Positions 1-9,021 of a stretch of DNA of 54,878 nt are shown here, in pieces. The translations under genes and the position numbers were made by a program. The DNA is from Clostridiales bacterium (lineage in GTDB: Bacteria > Bacillota > Clostridia > Oscillospirales > CAG-272): NCBI GenBank assembly GCA_016281775.1, contig JAEEJH010000091.1:1-54878 (forward strand), written 5' to 3'. Under the pieces are notes generated by a model that saw nothing but the letters and a program-made list of their open reading frames with translations, searched no databases and was not told where the DNA came from. Position 1 is the stretch's first letter; each line of letters begins with the position of its first letter.

Positions 1-312
1 GAAAGTCCCGTCGCGTACATATACAACACGAGAGAAGAGCTTGAAAAGCTGAATATAGACCCCTTTTCCGTTTCGCGCGGAATGGTTGGCCTTATGGCTG
101 ATATAAAGGGCATAGATATCTGGGTCAATTTCACCGAGGTGGAGGACAAGGTATGGTGCGAGCTTCGCTCAAGCAAATACAACATAAATCCCATAGCGGT
201 AAAGTACGGCGGCGGCGGTCATCAGAAAGCGAGCGGAGCTGACGTAGCCGACTTTGCCGAAGCCATGCTTATGCTCGAAGACCTCAAAAAACTTGCGGAG
301 AGTGCATCATGA
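1..312 (+). CDS. DHH/DHHA1 family phosphoesterase (NrnA-like), C-terminal part, truncated by window edge
   Basis: Frame open from base 1 (ESPVAYIYN...); DHHA1 motif ELRS...IAVKYGGGGHQKASG; stop overlaps next ATG (ATGA). Confidence 0.85.
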   Translation, partial: ESPVAYIYNTREELEKLNIDPFSVSRGMVGLMADIKGIDIWVNFTEVEDKVWCELRSSKYNINPIAVKYGGGGHQKASGADVADFAEAMLMLEDLKKLAESAS

Positions 313-1292
313 ACGAAGAAGTAAAAGAACTTATACTAAAAAAGATCAAAGAATACGAAACGGTCATAATATCGCGCCACAAACGCCCCGACGGCGACGC
401 CGTCGGTTCGACAAAGGGTCTGCACCGGATGATAAGCGCGGCTTATCCCGACAAGCGCGTGTTTCTCGACAATTCAGATTACGCGGCTTATCTTGCGTTT
501 CTCGGCGACGAGGGCGAAAAACCGACCGACGAAGACTACGAAAACGCTCTTGTGATAGTTATAGACACCGGCACCGCCGACAGGATATCGAATCCGCGTT
601 ATGACAAAGGCGCGGAGCTTGTAAAGATTGATCACCACATCGTCGACAGTTCTTACGGCGATATCTGCTGGATCGAGGAGGAACGGTCGTCAGCCTGCGA
701 AATGATCGTCGGTCTGTCCGACAAAACGCTCGCCGGCGCTCTGCCGCTCGATAAAACGTCCGCTTCTTTTCTCTACACCGGCATGATCACCGATTCCGGC
801 AGGTTCCGTTACCGCGGCACGTCGCCCGATACTATGCGCGCCGCCGCTTTGCTGATGGAGCAGGATATAGATACGGAGAGCATTTACGCGAATCTCTATA
901 TGGACGGGTTTGACGCGGTGAAATTCCGCGCCTCGGCGGTCAGAATGATCAAAATGACCGAAAACGGCGTAGCGTATATAAAGATCACGAAGAAATTCCG
1001 CGAGAAGCACTCGCTTACGCTTGAAGAGGCGAGCAATATCGTCTCGGTAATGGATTCGATAAAGGGCAGTCTTATATGGCTTGCATTCATCGAAAACGAC
1101 GATAAGAGTATAAGAGTGCGTCTGCGCTCGCGTTTCGTCGAGATACAGCCGGTCGCGGCAAGATATCACGGCGGCGGTCACGCTTGCTCGAGCGGCGCGA
1201 CGGTTTACAGCGTAAAGGAGCAGAAGGCGCTTTTGAAAGAAGCGGACGAACTGCTCGGCAGATACAAAAAAGAAAACACGGGCTGGATCTGA
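309..1292 (+). CDS. nrnA: DHH family bifunctional oligoribonuclease/PAP phosphatase (NrnA-like)
   Basis: Motifs HKRPDGDAVGS, IDT, IDHH, TDSGRF, RLRS, GGGH; 327 aa. Confidence 0.9.
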   Translation: MNEEVKELILKKIKEYETVIISRHKRPDGDAVGSTKGLHRMISAAYPDKRVFLDNSDYAAYLAFLGDEGEKPTDEDYENALVIVIDTGTADRISNPRYDKGAELVKIDHHIVDSSYGDICWIEEERSSACEMIVGLSDKTLAGALPLDKTSASFLYTGMITDSGRFRYRGTSPDTMRAAALLMEQDIDTESIYANLYMDGFDAVKFRASAVRMIKMTENGVAYIKITKKFREKHSLTLEEASNIVSVMDSIKGSLIWLAFIENDDKSIRVRLRSRFVEIQPVAARYHGGGHACSSGATVYSVKEQKALLKEADELLGRYKKENTGWI

Positions 1293-1294
1293 CG

Positions 1295-2017
1295 ATGAGG
1301 ATACTGATAACAAACGACGACGGGATAGAGAGTCCGGGTATCGCTTATCTTTCGCTTTGGGCGAAAAAACTCGGCGAGGTGACCGTAGTCGCGCCGAAAT
1401 ATGAGCAGAGCGCCTGCTCGCATACGATCGTTTTGCGCAGACCTTTCGAAGTTAAAGAAAGCCGGCTGTTCGAAGACTCCGGCATAAAAGCTTATTCGAT
1501 AGACGCGTCGCCCGCCGACTGCGTGCGTTTCTCCGCCGAGCAGTACGGCGGATTCGATCTGCTTCTCTCCGGCATAAATCACGGGCTGAACATGGGTTAC
1601 GATATATCGTATTCCGGCACGTGCTCGGCGGCGTTCGAAGGCTCGTTTGCGAACATACCGTCCGTCGCGTTTTCAACCGAGCGCGGATGCCTGGAGCAGG
1701 CCGCGGCGGAACTTGACAGAGTTTGGGATTTCATAACCGAAAACAGACTTCTCGAATACGACTGCGTTTTCAACGTCAATATCGTACCGGATATGAAAGG
1801 GATAAGGATAACAAGACAGGGAGCGACGTTTTACCGCGACAGCTTTGAGCCGTGCGGTACGGATACTTACAAAGCCTCCACCTATATAGCTCACCACTTC
1901 GACGAAGGCGGCGACCCGTATCTCGACATAAACGCGGTGCACGACGGCTACTGCTCAATAACTCCGTTACGGACGAACCGGACGGATACCGTAATTTTCA
2001 AAAAGCTGAAAAGATAA
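1295..2017 (+). CDS. surE: 5'/3'-nucleotidase SurE
   Basis: Start moved to ATG 1295 (MRILITNDDGI); motifs VVAP..EQSA.SH, PADCV, SGINHGLNMG, YSGT. Confidence 0.92.
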   Translation: MRILITNDDGIESPGIAYLSLWAKKLGEVTVVAPKYEQSACSHTIVLRRPFEVKESRLFEDSGIKAYSIDASPADCVRFSAEQYGGFDLLLSGINHGLNMGYDISYSGTCSAAFEGSFANIPSVAFSTERGCLEQAAAELDRVWDFITENRLLEYDCVFNVNIVPDMKGIRITRQGATFYRDSFEPCGTDTYKASTYIAHHFDEGGDPYLDINAVHDGYCSITPLRTNRTDTVIFKKLKR

Positions 2018-2053
2018 AAAACGTTCCCGGAAATCATTCCGGGAACGCTTTTA
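2016..2053. terminator. Bidirectional intrinsic terminator between convergent surE and the OB-repeat gene
   Basis: cgttcccggaa-atca-ttccgggaacg stem flanked by A-run and T-run. Confidence 0.85.
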
Positions 2054-2063
2054 TTATGCCGTT

Positions 2064-3707
2064 TTATCTCTTCTTGCCGATAACTATCGCGCAGCCGAGA
2101 GCGGCTATCGCGGTGATCGCCGCTACAGCTACGGCGGCGTCGGAAGTATCGGTATTGTCGGGCTTGTGGTTAGGACCGTATTCTATCGCATCAAGCGTGC
2201 AGGGCTGAGCGAATTCGTAAGTGCCTCTGTGATTCTTCATCGGGCCGGTCACGGTGATCGTATCGCCGATCGCTATCTTGTCGGCGCCTTCGCCTGCAAG
2301 ACGGTAGCAGGTCACAGGTTTGTCTTCGAAACCTTCGACCGTCATCACCACGGTGATGTTCTGGTACTCTTCGCTGTACGCGGTCGTTATCTCTGTGACC
2401 TTGCCTGTAAGCGTATATTCGCCTTTGAGGAATTTGCCGTCTTCGAGAGCGTACAGAGCGTTGAGTATTTCTTCAACCGTCTCGGGGAGCTGTTCTTCTT
2501 CTTTTTCAACGATGGTGAAAGCGAGAAGTTCGCAGTCCTTATCGAACTCGACGACCGTTTCGGTGTATCTCTTCAGTTTGCCGGATACGGTGATTATATC
2601 CTTTTCGGCTATCTTGTCTACGCCGTCGACGCCTGCGCCGTTTTTAAGGCGGAAGCACTGGATCGGATAGTCTTCAAGACCTTCGACGACTATCGTTACG
2701 GTGACGTTGCCGAACTGGGAGTTGTAAGGCGTATCGACGCTGATTATCGTACCGGTGAGCTCGTACGTGCCGTCAAGCGCTTTGCCGACTTCAAGATCGT
2801 ACGCGGCTTTGACTATCTTTTCGGGAGTGTCGAGCACGGGCTGTTCGGGCTCGGTGGCTTTGGGCGTTCTCGCCTCAAGCGTGCAGCCTCTGTCAAATTC
2901 AAACGTAGAGGTGTCTTTGTTCGAGTTATAGAAGTGCTTGAGTACGCCTTTGACCGTGATCGTGTCGCCTTCGGCTATGCTCGCGCATTCGGCGCAGGCT
3001 TCGCTGTTGGTCAGATAGTAGCACTGGATCGGTTTGTCGGTCATCTCGCCGACGACTATCGTGACGGTCATATTCTGTTTGGATTCGTTCCAGGAGTAGT
3101 TGATCTCGGTGACGACGCCGGTAAGGCTGTACGGACCGCCGGGAAGGGTCGCGTTCTTTTCAAGAGCGTAAAGCGCATTTACTATCTCTTCGGGAGTCGT
3201 GTAGGTCGGAGTTTCGGGCTGTTCGGGTTCTCCGGGCTGCGAGCCGGTCGAATCGAGCGTGACCTTCATTTCCACTATACGCGTCTGACCGCTGTCGGGG
3301 TTAGTGAATTTGACCGAGTTTGCGCTGCCGGTCCACGTTCCCGCGGCGTCGCTGACCGCGAAGCTGCCGGAGTTGACGCCGTATTCGAGGGCGTAGCTTG
3401 CAGCCGTGAACGTAAATGCGACAGACAAGATCGCGCTGTCGCTCGATACGGTGAACTCGTTGTTCTTATAGATCCTGGCGGCTTTGCCGTTGTCGTAGTA
3501 CATAGGCGAGTTGCTCGTATTGCTGCCTGAGCCGAACGTGATCTTCACGCCGTCTTTGACAAGCTCGGTCAGAGCTGCTTTGTCTTCGATGCCCATATCG
3601 GCAAACGTGAACGTGACGGTCTTCGTCTCACCGTCGGCGTGAGCCGCGACGAAGATCGCCGAAACGGCCATCACCGCGATGAGAATAAATGCAAGTGCTT
3701 TTTTCAT
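2064..3707 (-). CDS. Secreted, probably wall-anchored protein with three OB-fold-like repeats
   Basis: Signal peptide (MKKALAFILIA...AHA); N-terminal beta-rich domain; PE linker; three ~100-aa repeats (EEI.NALY.L...LTG...N.TV.IVV...PIQC.R...GD.ITV.G...EF...CTL); C-terminus NTDTSD + hydrophobic stretch + KKR resembles a sortase sorting signal. Confidence 0.8.
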   Translation of the reverse strand: MKKALAFILIAVMAVSAIFVAAHADGETKTVTFTFADMGIEDKAALTELVKDGVKITFGSGSNTSNSPMYYDNGKAARIYKNNEFTVSSDSAILSVAFTFTAASYALEYGVNSGSFAVSDAAGTWTGSANSVKFTNPDSGQTRIVEMKVTLDSTGSQPGEPEQPETPTYTTPEEIVNALYALEKNATLPGGPYSLTGVVTEINYSWNESKQNMTVTIVVGEMTDKPIQCYYLTNSEACAECASIAEGDTITVKGVLKHFYNSNKDTSTFEFDRGCTLEARTPKATEPEQPVLDTPEKIVKAAYDLEVGKALDGTYELTGTIISVDTPYNSQFGNVTVTIVVEGLEDYPIQCFRLKNGAGVDGVDKIAEKDIITVSGKLKRYTETVVEFDKDCELLAFTIVEKEEEQLPETVEEILNALYALEDGKFLKGEYTLTGKVTEITTAYSEEYQNITVVMTVEGFEDKPVTCYRLAGEGADKIAIGDTITVTGPMKNHRGTYEFAQPCTLDAIEYGPNHKPDNTDTSDAAVAVAAITAIAALGCAIVIGKKR

Positions 3708-3745
3708 TTTATGGCTCCTTTATGTAAATTATATTTTAACCATTA

Positions 3746-6172
3746 TCATTTGATCAGCGTCGCGCCGGTCGTGAATTCATATACCGACTCGTTTCTGTTC
3801 GCGTTGTAGTAGTGGATCAGGTTGCCTTCTATCGTGACCGTATCGTCGACCTTGATATTTTCAACGCCTTCGCCTTTGATCCTGTAAACGGTGACCGGAT
3901 AATCCGCAAGGCCTTCGACGACTATAACGAACGATATGTTTTTGTGTTCTTCGGTATACGCTTCGGTGATGCTCGTGACTTTGCCGGTGAGCCTGTACGG
4001 GTTGCCGGGCAGCGAATCGCCTTTATCGAGCGCGTAAAGCGCTTTGACGATCTCTTCGGGCGTGTTGTATTTGATATTCGTGCCTTCGGCTACGAAGTCG
4101 ATGCTCTTGAGAGTGCAGCCCGCGTCGAATTCGACGGTGCCGTCGGTGTATTTCTTTATCTTGCCTTCAACGGTTATTTTGTCGCCGACTTTGACCTTGT
4201 CAGCGCCTTCGCCTTTCATGCGGAAGCACTGGATCGGATACTGGTCAAGACCGTCGCAGACGATCGTAACGGTGACGTTCTGATAACCTGCGTCATACGG
4301 TGTGTTGACTCTCGTTATCGTACCGGAGAGCGTGTGCGTGCCGTCAAGAGCCTTGCCCTTGTCGAGCGCATAAGCGGCTTTGAGGAGTTTTTCAACGGAA
4401 TCGTCCTTCGGGGGTTCGGTCTCGGCCGGCTCTGTTTCGGCGGGCTGAGTTTCCGCTTCGCCCGAACCGTTTTCTATCTTGTCGAGCGTGCAGTTCGCGT
4501 CGAATTCGAACGTATCGTTATATCTCTTCAAAACGCCGGTAACGGTGATGACGTCGCCGACTTTGAGGTCCGGCGCGCCTTCGCCTTTCATGCGGAAGCA
4601 CTGTACGGGCTTGTCAGCCATATCGCCGACCACTATCGTAACGGTTATATTGCCGTACTGTTCGCTGTATGCGGTGTCGATCTTTGTGATCTTGCCTTTG
4701 AGAGTGAACGTGCCGGGCAGAGCCTTGCCCTTTTCGAGTTTGTAAAGCGCGTTGACTATTTCTTCCTGCGTGAGGTTCGCGGGCATCACGACGACCTTGT
4801 ATTCTTTAGTCTCGGAGAGACTGCCGCAGGTCGCGGTGAGCGTGAGCTTCAGTTCTTCGATGCCGGAGCCGAGCGTGATCACGAGCTTGCCGTTTTCGAT
4901 CTTGGCGGAATCCGCGGGATCAAGCTTCCAGTCGAATTTGACGGCGTCGTAAGTCGCGCCCTGCGCGGGCAGATCGACCGTCAGATCGGCGTTGGTGTTT
5001 TCGGGGATGCTGACAGCCGCTATTTCGTTTGCTAATTTTTCTTCATCCGAAATGTCTGTCGAGGTCACGGTTATACCGCCGACGCACGGATAGATCTGCG
5101 GTTCGTTGTTCCATGCCATCGGACCTTCTATATCGACCGTATAGCCTACGCCGAGTTTGGAGTATTCTTCTTTGAGTTCCGCAACCGTAAACGTGCAGGA
5201 CGTGGAGAGGAAGAGGCTGAAATCAACGCCGTTCTTGGAGACGGTCACGGTGACTCTGCCGTCGCCGGCTTCTTCAAACGTTTCAAAAGTATTCTTTACC
5301 CATTCGATCTTCGTTATTTTTGCGCCTGTCAGCGTGCAGATAACGCCCTGATACTGATCGAGCGCGCTTACGAGATTCGTTTCGGGTTTGAACATATCGT
5401 CAAGCGGTATCTTCTTTACTTCGGCTTTTTTGATCTCGCTGCCGTCGTATACGAGCGAATACGTGCATCCGGCGCCCATTTCACGGAAGCCGTTGTATAT
5501 CGACGTCGTACCGCTTATGACTATGACGTTGCCTATCGCGAGTTTGGTATCGTATTCTTCCTGCGAGTCGCATTTGAGACGGTATCCGAAATATCCGTGT
5601 TCTCCGTCAAGATCCTGGATGAATACGCCGGTATTCTTGTAATCGGGAGCGTAAGGATATTTTGCCACGATGACGCCTCTTACGTTCATCGCCGCGTCTT
5701 TGGTATTTTCAGCCCAGTACGCCCAGTTCGCTATTTCGTACTGTTTGATGACGTACTTGAATGTGATCTCTTTTGAGGTGAGTCCGTTGCCGACTACGTT
5801 GCCTTTTACGGTAAATTCCGTATCCTTATCGGCGTACGGGTCGACTTTGATCAGGACTTTGTTTTCTTCACTGCTGTCGGCGATCGAAGCGAGGCCGTTG
5901 CCGCCTTCGACCGTCCAGTTCACGTCAAGATCGAAACCTTCCTGATCGATGAGCTTTGACGGGAGCGTGAAGGACGAAGAAACCTGGTTATTCTCGCCGG
6001 GTTTGTTGAAGGTGTAGACCATGTCCGCCGCGTTGTCTAACAGCTCCTGCGAGATCTCCGCCTGTTTGGTCGTTTCAGGCGTAGTTTCAACGGGTTTGCC
6101 GCCGTTGCAGGACGTCAGCAAAAGCGCGGAAGCCATAAGCAGCACGAGCAGTACCGATAGTGCTTTTCTCAT
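3746..6172 (-). CDS. Lipoprotein with Ig-like and OB-fold domains plus three OB-fold-like repeats
   Basis: Lipobox LLTSC; segment VRGVIVAK...GVFIQD...IGNVIVISG...YNG resembles YhcR-type OB folds; Ig-like segments; three C-terminal repeats homologous to those of 2064..3707. Confidence 0.8.
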   Translation of the reverse strand: MRKALSVLLVLLMASALLLTSCNGGKPVETTPETTKQAEISQELLDNAADMVYTFNKPGENNQVSSSFTLPSKLIDQEGFDLDVNWTVEGGNGLASIADSSEENKVLIKVDPYADKDTEFTVKGNVVGNGLTSKEITFKYVIKQYEIANWAYWAENTKDAAMNVRGVIVAKYPYAPDYKNTGVFIQDLDGEHGYFGYRLKCDSQEEYDTKLAIGNVIVISGTTSIYNGFREMGAGCTYSLVYDGSEIKKAEVKKIPLDDMFKPETNLVSALDQYQGVICTLTGAKITKIEWVKNTFETFEEAGDGRVTVTVSKNGVDFSLFLSTSCTFTVAELKEEYSKLGVGYTVDIEGPMAWNNEPQIYPCVGGITVTSTDISDEEKLANEIAAVSIPENTNADLTVDLPAQGATYDAVKFDWKLDPADSAKIENGKLVITLGSGIEELKLTLTATCGSLSETKEYKVVVMPANLTQEEIVNALYKLEKGKALPGTFTLKGKITKIDTAYSEQYGNITVTIVVGDMADKPVQCFRMKGEGAPDLKVGDVITVTGVLKRYNDTFEFDANCTLDKIENGSGEAETQPAETEPAETEPPKDDSVEKLLKAAYALDKGKALDGTHTLSGTITRVNTPYDAGYQNVTVTIVCDGLDQYPIQCFRMKGEGADKVKVGDKITVEGKIKKYTDGTVEFDAGCTLKSIDFVAEGTNIKYNTPEEIVKALYALDKGDSLPGNPYRLTGKVTSITEAYTEEHKNISFVIVVEGLADYPVTVYRIKGEGVENIKVDDTVTIEGNLIHYYNANRNESVYEFTTGATLIK

Positions 6173-6197
6173 ATTTTTTCTCCTTTATAATAAATGA

Positions 6198-7541
6198 TCA
6201 ATTAAGAATTTCAGCGTCGGAAAGAGTAAAGAGTTTGAGCTGCGCGCTGCCCTCGTAATACTCGATTATACCTGTGACGTTCATCTTTTTGTTCCGGAAA
6301 TAATCCTCCGTCACGGTTTCGCCGTTGCTCGTGAGCACGGCGGTCCTTACAACGACCGTTTTCTGATTCGCGTCCGAACAGGTGAGAGTCATTGCGCCTT
6401 TGCTCGAAGAGGTCTCGTTGGTCGTCGTATAAACGCTCTTTACCGTGATATTCTCGATCTTTACGAGCGTGTTTTCGAGCGTGGGATCGTTGTTCAGCTG
6501 ATCCGCGCCAATGACGGTCGGCTCGATCTTTACGTCTTTTTCAATTATCTTGACGTCGTCATCGGACGGATTGATAAGCGAGAAAGACAGACCTGATACC
6601 TGAAAACCGAAGTTCTCGTTGTTGTCGGCGGTGCCGGCTATCTGCAGTTTGTACCCGACGACGAGGAATTTCGGAGCGAGCGACGCGTAGCCGCCGTAAA
6701 CGTAAACGCCGTAATACTGCTGAGTGTCTTCGTCGAACGACTGTACGTAGATGCCCTCGCCGCTCTTCTTCGTAACGACGCCTTCAAAACGCACCTTTAT
6801 GCCCGAATAAGACTCTTTGTTGAGCACGAGACTTTTTATAGAGAGATCGACCGATTCGCCGTAATAGAACAGCGGGTCCTTTTTGCCTGAATACAGATTC
6901 AGTCTGTTCGATCTCGCGCTGGTGAGCGCTTCGGTCGCTACGGTGCCGTAACGGTTGGACGAAGTGCTTTTGCCCATTGCGAGCCCTTCGGAGAGTATTT
7001 CTATGTTCAGGTTTCTCCACACGTTACTGCCCTCGTTGCGGTACCATACCCACGCGAGATAGCGATCGCCGGTGGAGTCGAAGTTCGCTTCGCCCTCGGT
7101 ATCGCTTTCGAGAGCGATCTCGGCGGCGTTATTCAGCTTCGTTTTGGTATATACCGACGCGGGTTTGCCCCAGGGCTCGACCTTGCCGGTGGATTCCGGC
7201 GTATCTATCGCCAGAAATCTGATCTTCAATATCTCTGTCTTGCTGTTGTTCCAGAAATGAGCCGTATCGCCGTCGATGCAGAGTTCTACCGTCACCCTGC
7301 CCCGCCCCGTCGCGTTAAAATCGGAATCGAGGTCAGCGGCGTTGAAGTTCACTCTCGTCGCGTAATCGGGCAGCGACGGGTCGCGCTCGTATTCCCAGTT
7401 TCCGTCGACCTGCTCGGTCTGCCGGTCCGTGACCGCCTCCGTCGTTACGTCCGCCGCCGGTTTTTTGACGCAGGACGCAAACACGGCGATAACGGTCAGC
7501 AGAGCGAGGATCAGAGATAATATTTTTAAATAATATTTCAT
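6198..7541 (-). CDS. Thermonuclease (staphylococcal nuclease family) lipoprotein with C-terminal OB-fold-like domains
   Basis: Lipobox VFASC; SNase catalytic motifs IDGDT, IRFLAIDTPE, EPWGKPAS, DRYLAWVW, N.EILSEGLA; C-terminal VRFEGVVT...GIYVQ...GVYVY OB-like region. Confidence 0.9.
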   Translation of the reverse strand: MKYYLKILSLILALLTVIAVFASCVKKPAADVTTEAVTDRQTEQVDGNWEYERDPSLPDYATRVNFNAADLDSDFNATGRGRVTVELCIDGDTAHFWNNSKTEILKIRFLAIDTPESTGKVEPWGKPASVYTKTKLNNAAEIALESDTEGEANFDSTGDRYLAWVWYRNEGSNVWRNLNIEILSEGLAMGKSTSSNRYGTVATEALTSARSNRLNLYSGKKDPLFYYGESVDLSIKSLVLNKESYSGIKVRFEGVVTKKSGEGIYVQSFDEDTQQYYGVYVYGGYASLAPKFLVVGYKLQIAGTADNNENFGFQVSGLSFSLINPSDDDVKIIEKDVKIEPTVIGADQLNNDPTLENTLVKIENITVKSVYTTTNETSSSKGAMTLTCSDANQKTVVVRTAVLTSNGETVTEDYFRNKKMNVTGIIEYYEGSAQLKLFTLSDAEILN

Positions 7542-7544
7542 ATT

Positions 7545-8987
7545 TTATTTGTTAAGAGATACGCAGCGGTTATAAGCGTCTTCAAAGAGCTTTTTGAGAT
7601 CCGCGGCGGACGTGCCTTCGGGAGCGGAGATATACGCTACGAGAAGTTCGCCGACCTTGTCACGGGCGTCGGAAGAACCGACGAACGCGGGCGAGGTGAA
7701 ATAATTGCTTTCCTGTTCCATACAGATCTTTGCCGAGAGGGCGGCGATGCCGTCTTTGGTGTAGTTCGCGCCGGCAAGGAATTCCTTATAAGCGTCGAGC
7801 TCGAACGTGGATCTGATTACCGGAACGTAGCCGGAGGTCATCGAGAATTCAGCCTGGAATTCGGGAGAGGTGAGTAAGTACTTGATGAAAAGCCACGCCG
7901 CGTCGTTGACTTTCGAATCCTTCTGAGCGAGCATACAGATCGAAGGTCCCTGAGAAATGACTTTCTTATTCGAGGTGTCAGCCTGAGGTATCTGAGCTAT
8001 GCCGACTTCGAACGGATACGTACCGTCGTCGTTAGCCGAGGGGCACTGATACGTCGCGCCGGCGGACGAACCTATCGAGATATATGAATGGATGACTATG
8101 CCGTCGTCGTTCGGTTTTGTGTTGGTGAACAGACCGGACGTGTACGCGCCGTAGATAGCCTGCGTGGTCATATAACCGTTAAGGAACCATCCGCGGAATT
8201 TGTTTAAGAATTCGGCGTTTTTGTCGTCGTTGAATAAGAAGCGGTCTTCGACCTTTTCAGCAGCCTGAGTATACGGCGTCTTGAGCTGTTCGGTCATGGT
8301 GATGAACCAGTTTGCTTCGGAGTCGTAGCCGAGCGGAATGCTCGTCTTGTCTATTTCTTTTATCTTTTTGATGACGTATTCCATCGAGGTCGCATCGTTT
8401 TCGCCGTTGGCAAACCAGTGATCCGGTACGGAGAGGCCGTTCGCGTCGAAGAACGTCTTGTTATAATACATAACTTCGGTCGATTTGGAGAACGGGAGCG
8501 TATACATCTTGCTCTCGTCGCCGAACGACTTGCCTTCTGCATAGTAACCGCTGATGAAATCGTTCATCTGAGCTTCGGTAAGACCGAACTCGGGGTTCTT
8601 ATCGTTTATGTAAGTATTAAGGTCGACGACCTTTTTGCTGCGCAGATACGTTGCGACGTGGTCGGGATAGCAGTACGCTATAGCCGGCTGTTTGCCCGCC
8701 TGCAGCTCGGTGATGACCTGGTTTCTGACGTCGTCATAACCGCCGACAGACTGTTCGGTGATCGTGATCGTCGGATATTTCTTGTTGAATTCCGCGATAT
8801 ACTTCGTCAGTACCGCGCGGAGGTTCGCGCCCATCGTGTGGTAGAACACCACTTCGACGTTTTCGGGCACTGTTCTCGCCGGATCATCGGTCTTGCCGGG
8901 ATCGTCCGGTTTGGCACCGCATGCGGAGAGCAGCAGACACGACAGTATTGTAGCTGCGAGGATAAGGATTGCTGTGATCTTTCTCAT
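7545..8987 (-). CDS. ABC transporter extracellular solute-binding lipoprotein (CUT1/UgpB-like; candidate oligonucleotide/nucleotide binder)
   Basis: Lipobox LSAC; VFYHTMG, EFNKKYP, LPFSKSTEVMYYN, SSAG, SQGPS, AAWLFIKYL, SGYVP motifs. Confidence 0.9.
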   Translation of the reverse strand: MRKITAILILAATILSCLLLSACGAKPDDPGKTDDPARTVPENVEVVFYHTMGANLRAVLTKYIAEFNKKYPTITITEQSVGGYDDVRNQVITELQAGKQPAIAYCYPDHVATYLRSKKVVDLNTYINDKNPEFGLTEAQMNDFISGYYAEGKSFGDESKMYTLPFSKSTEVMYYNKTFFDANGLSVPDHWFANGENDATSMEYVIKKIKEIDKTSIPLGYDSEANWFITMTEQLKTPYTQAAEKVEDRFLFNDDKNAEFLNKFRGWFLNGYMTTQAIYGAYTSGLFTNTKPNDDGIVIHSYISIGSSAGATYQCPSANDDGTYPFEVGIAQIPQADTSNKKVISQGPSICMLAQKDSKVNDAAWLFIKYLLTSPEFQAEFSMTSGYVPVIRSTFELDAYKEFLAGANYTKDGIAALSAKICMEQESNYFTSPAFVGSSDARDKVGELLVAYISAPEGTSAADLKKLFEDAYNRCVSLNK

Positions 8988-9021
8988 AATTGACTCCTTT
9001 TATTTTATCTCATAAGATATT

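Noticed and set aside
1184-1294. N-terminal extension of the surE ORF; similar extensions for deoB (14274), the 866-aa ORF, rluB (50080) and ptsH
   Set aside because: Family N-termini, RBS positions and stop/start coupling point to the downstream ATGs
2166-5035. Long plus-strand ORFs (454 aa, 407 aa) antisense to the OB-repeat genes, and similar shadow ORFs throughout the window
   Set aside because: They lie fully opposite well-supported genes, have no recognisable motifs or RBS, and are expected from codon bias that depletes antisense stop codons
6198-7541. Nuclease as a defence, toxin or competence component
   Set aside because: Lipoprotein signal, no immunity, com or mobile-element genes, and nutrient-catabolic neighbours favour scavenging
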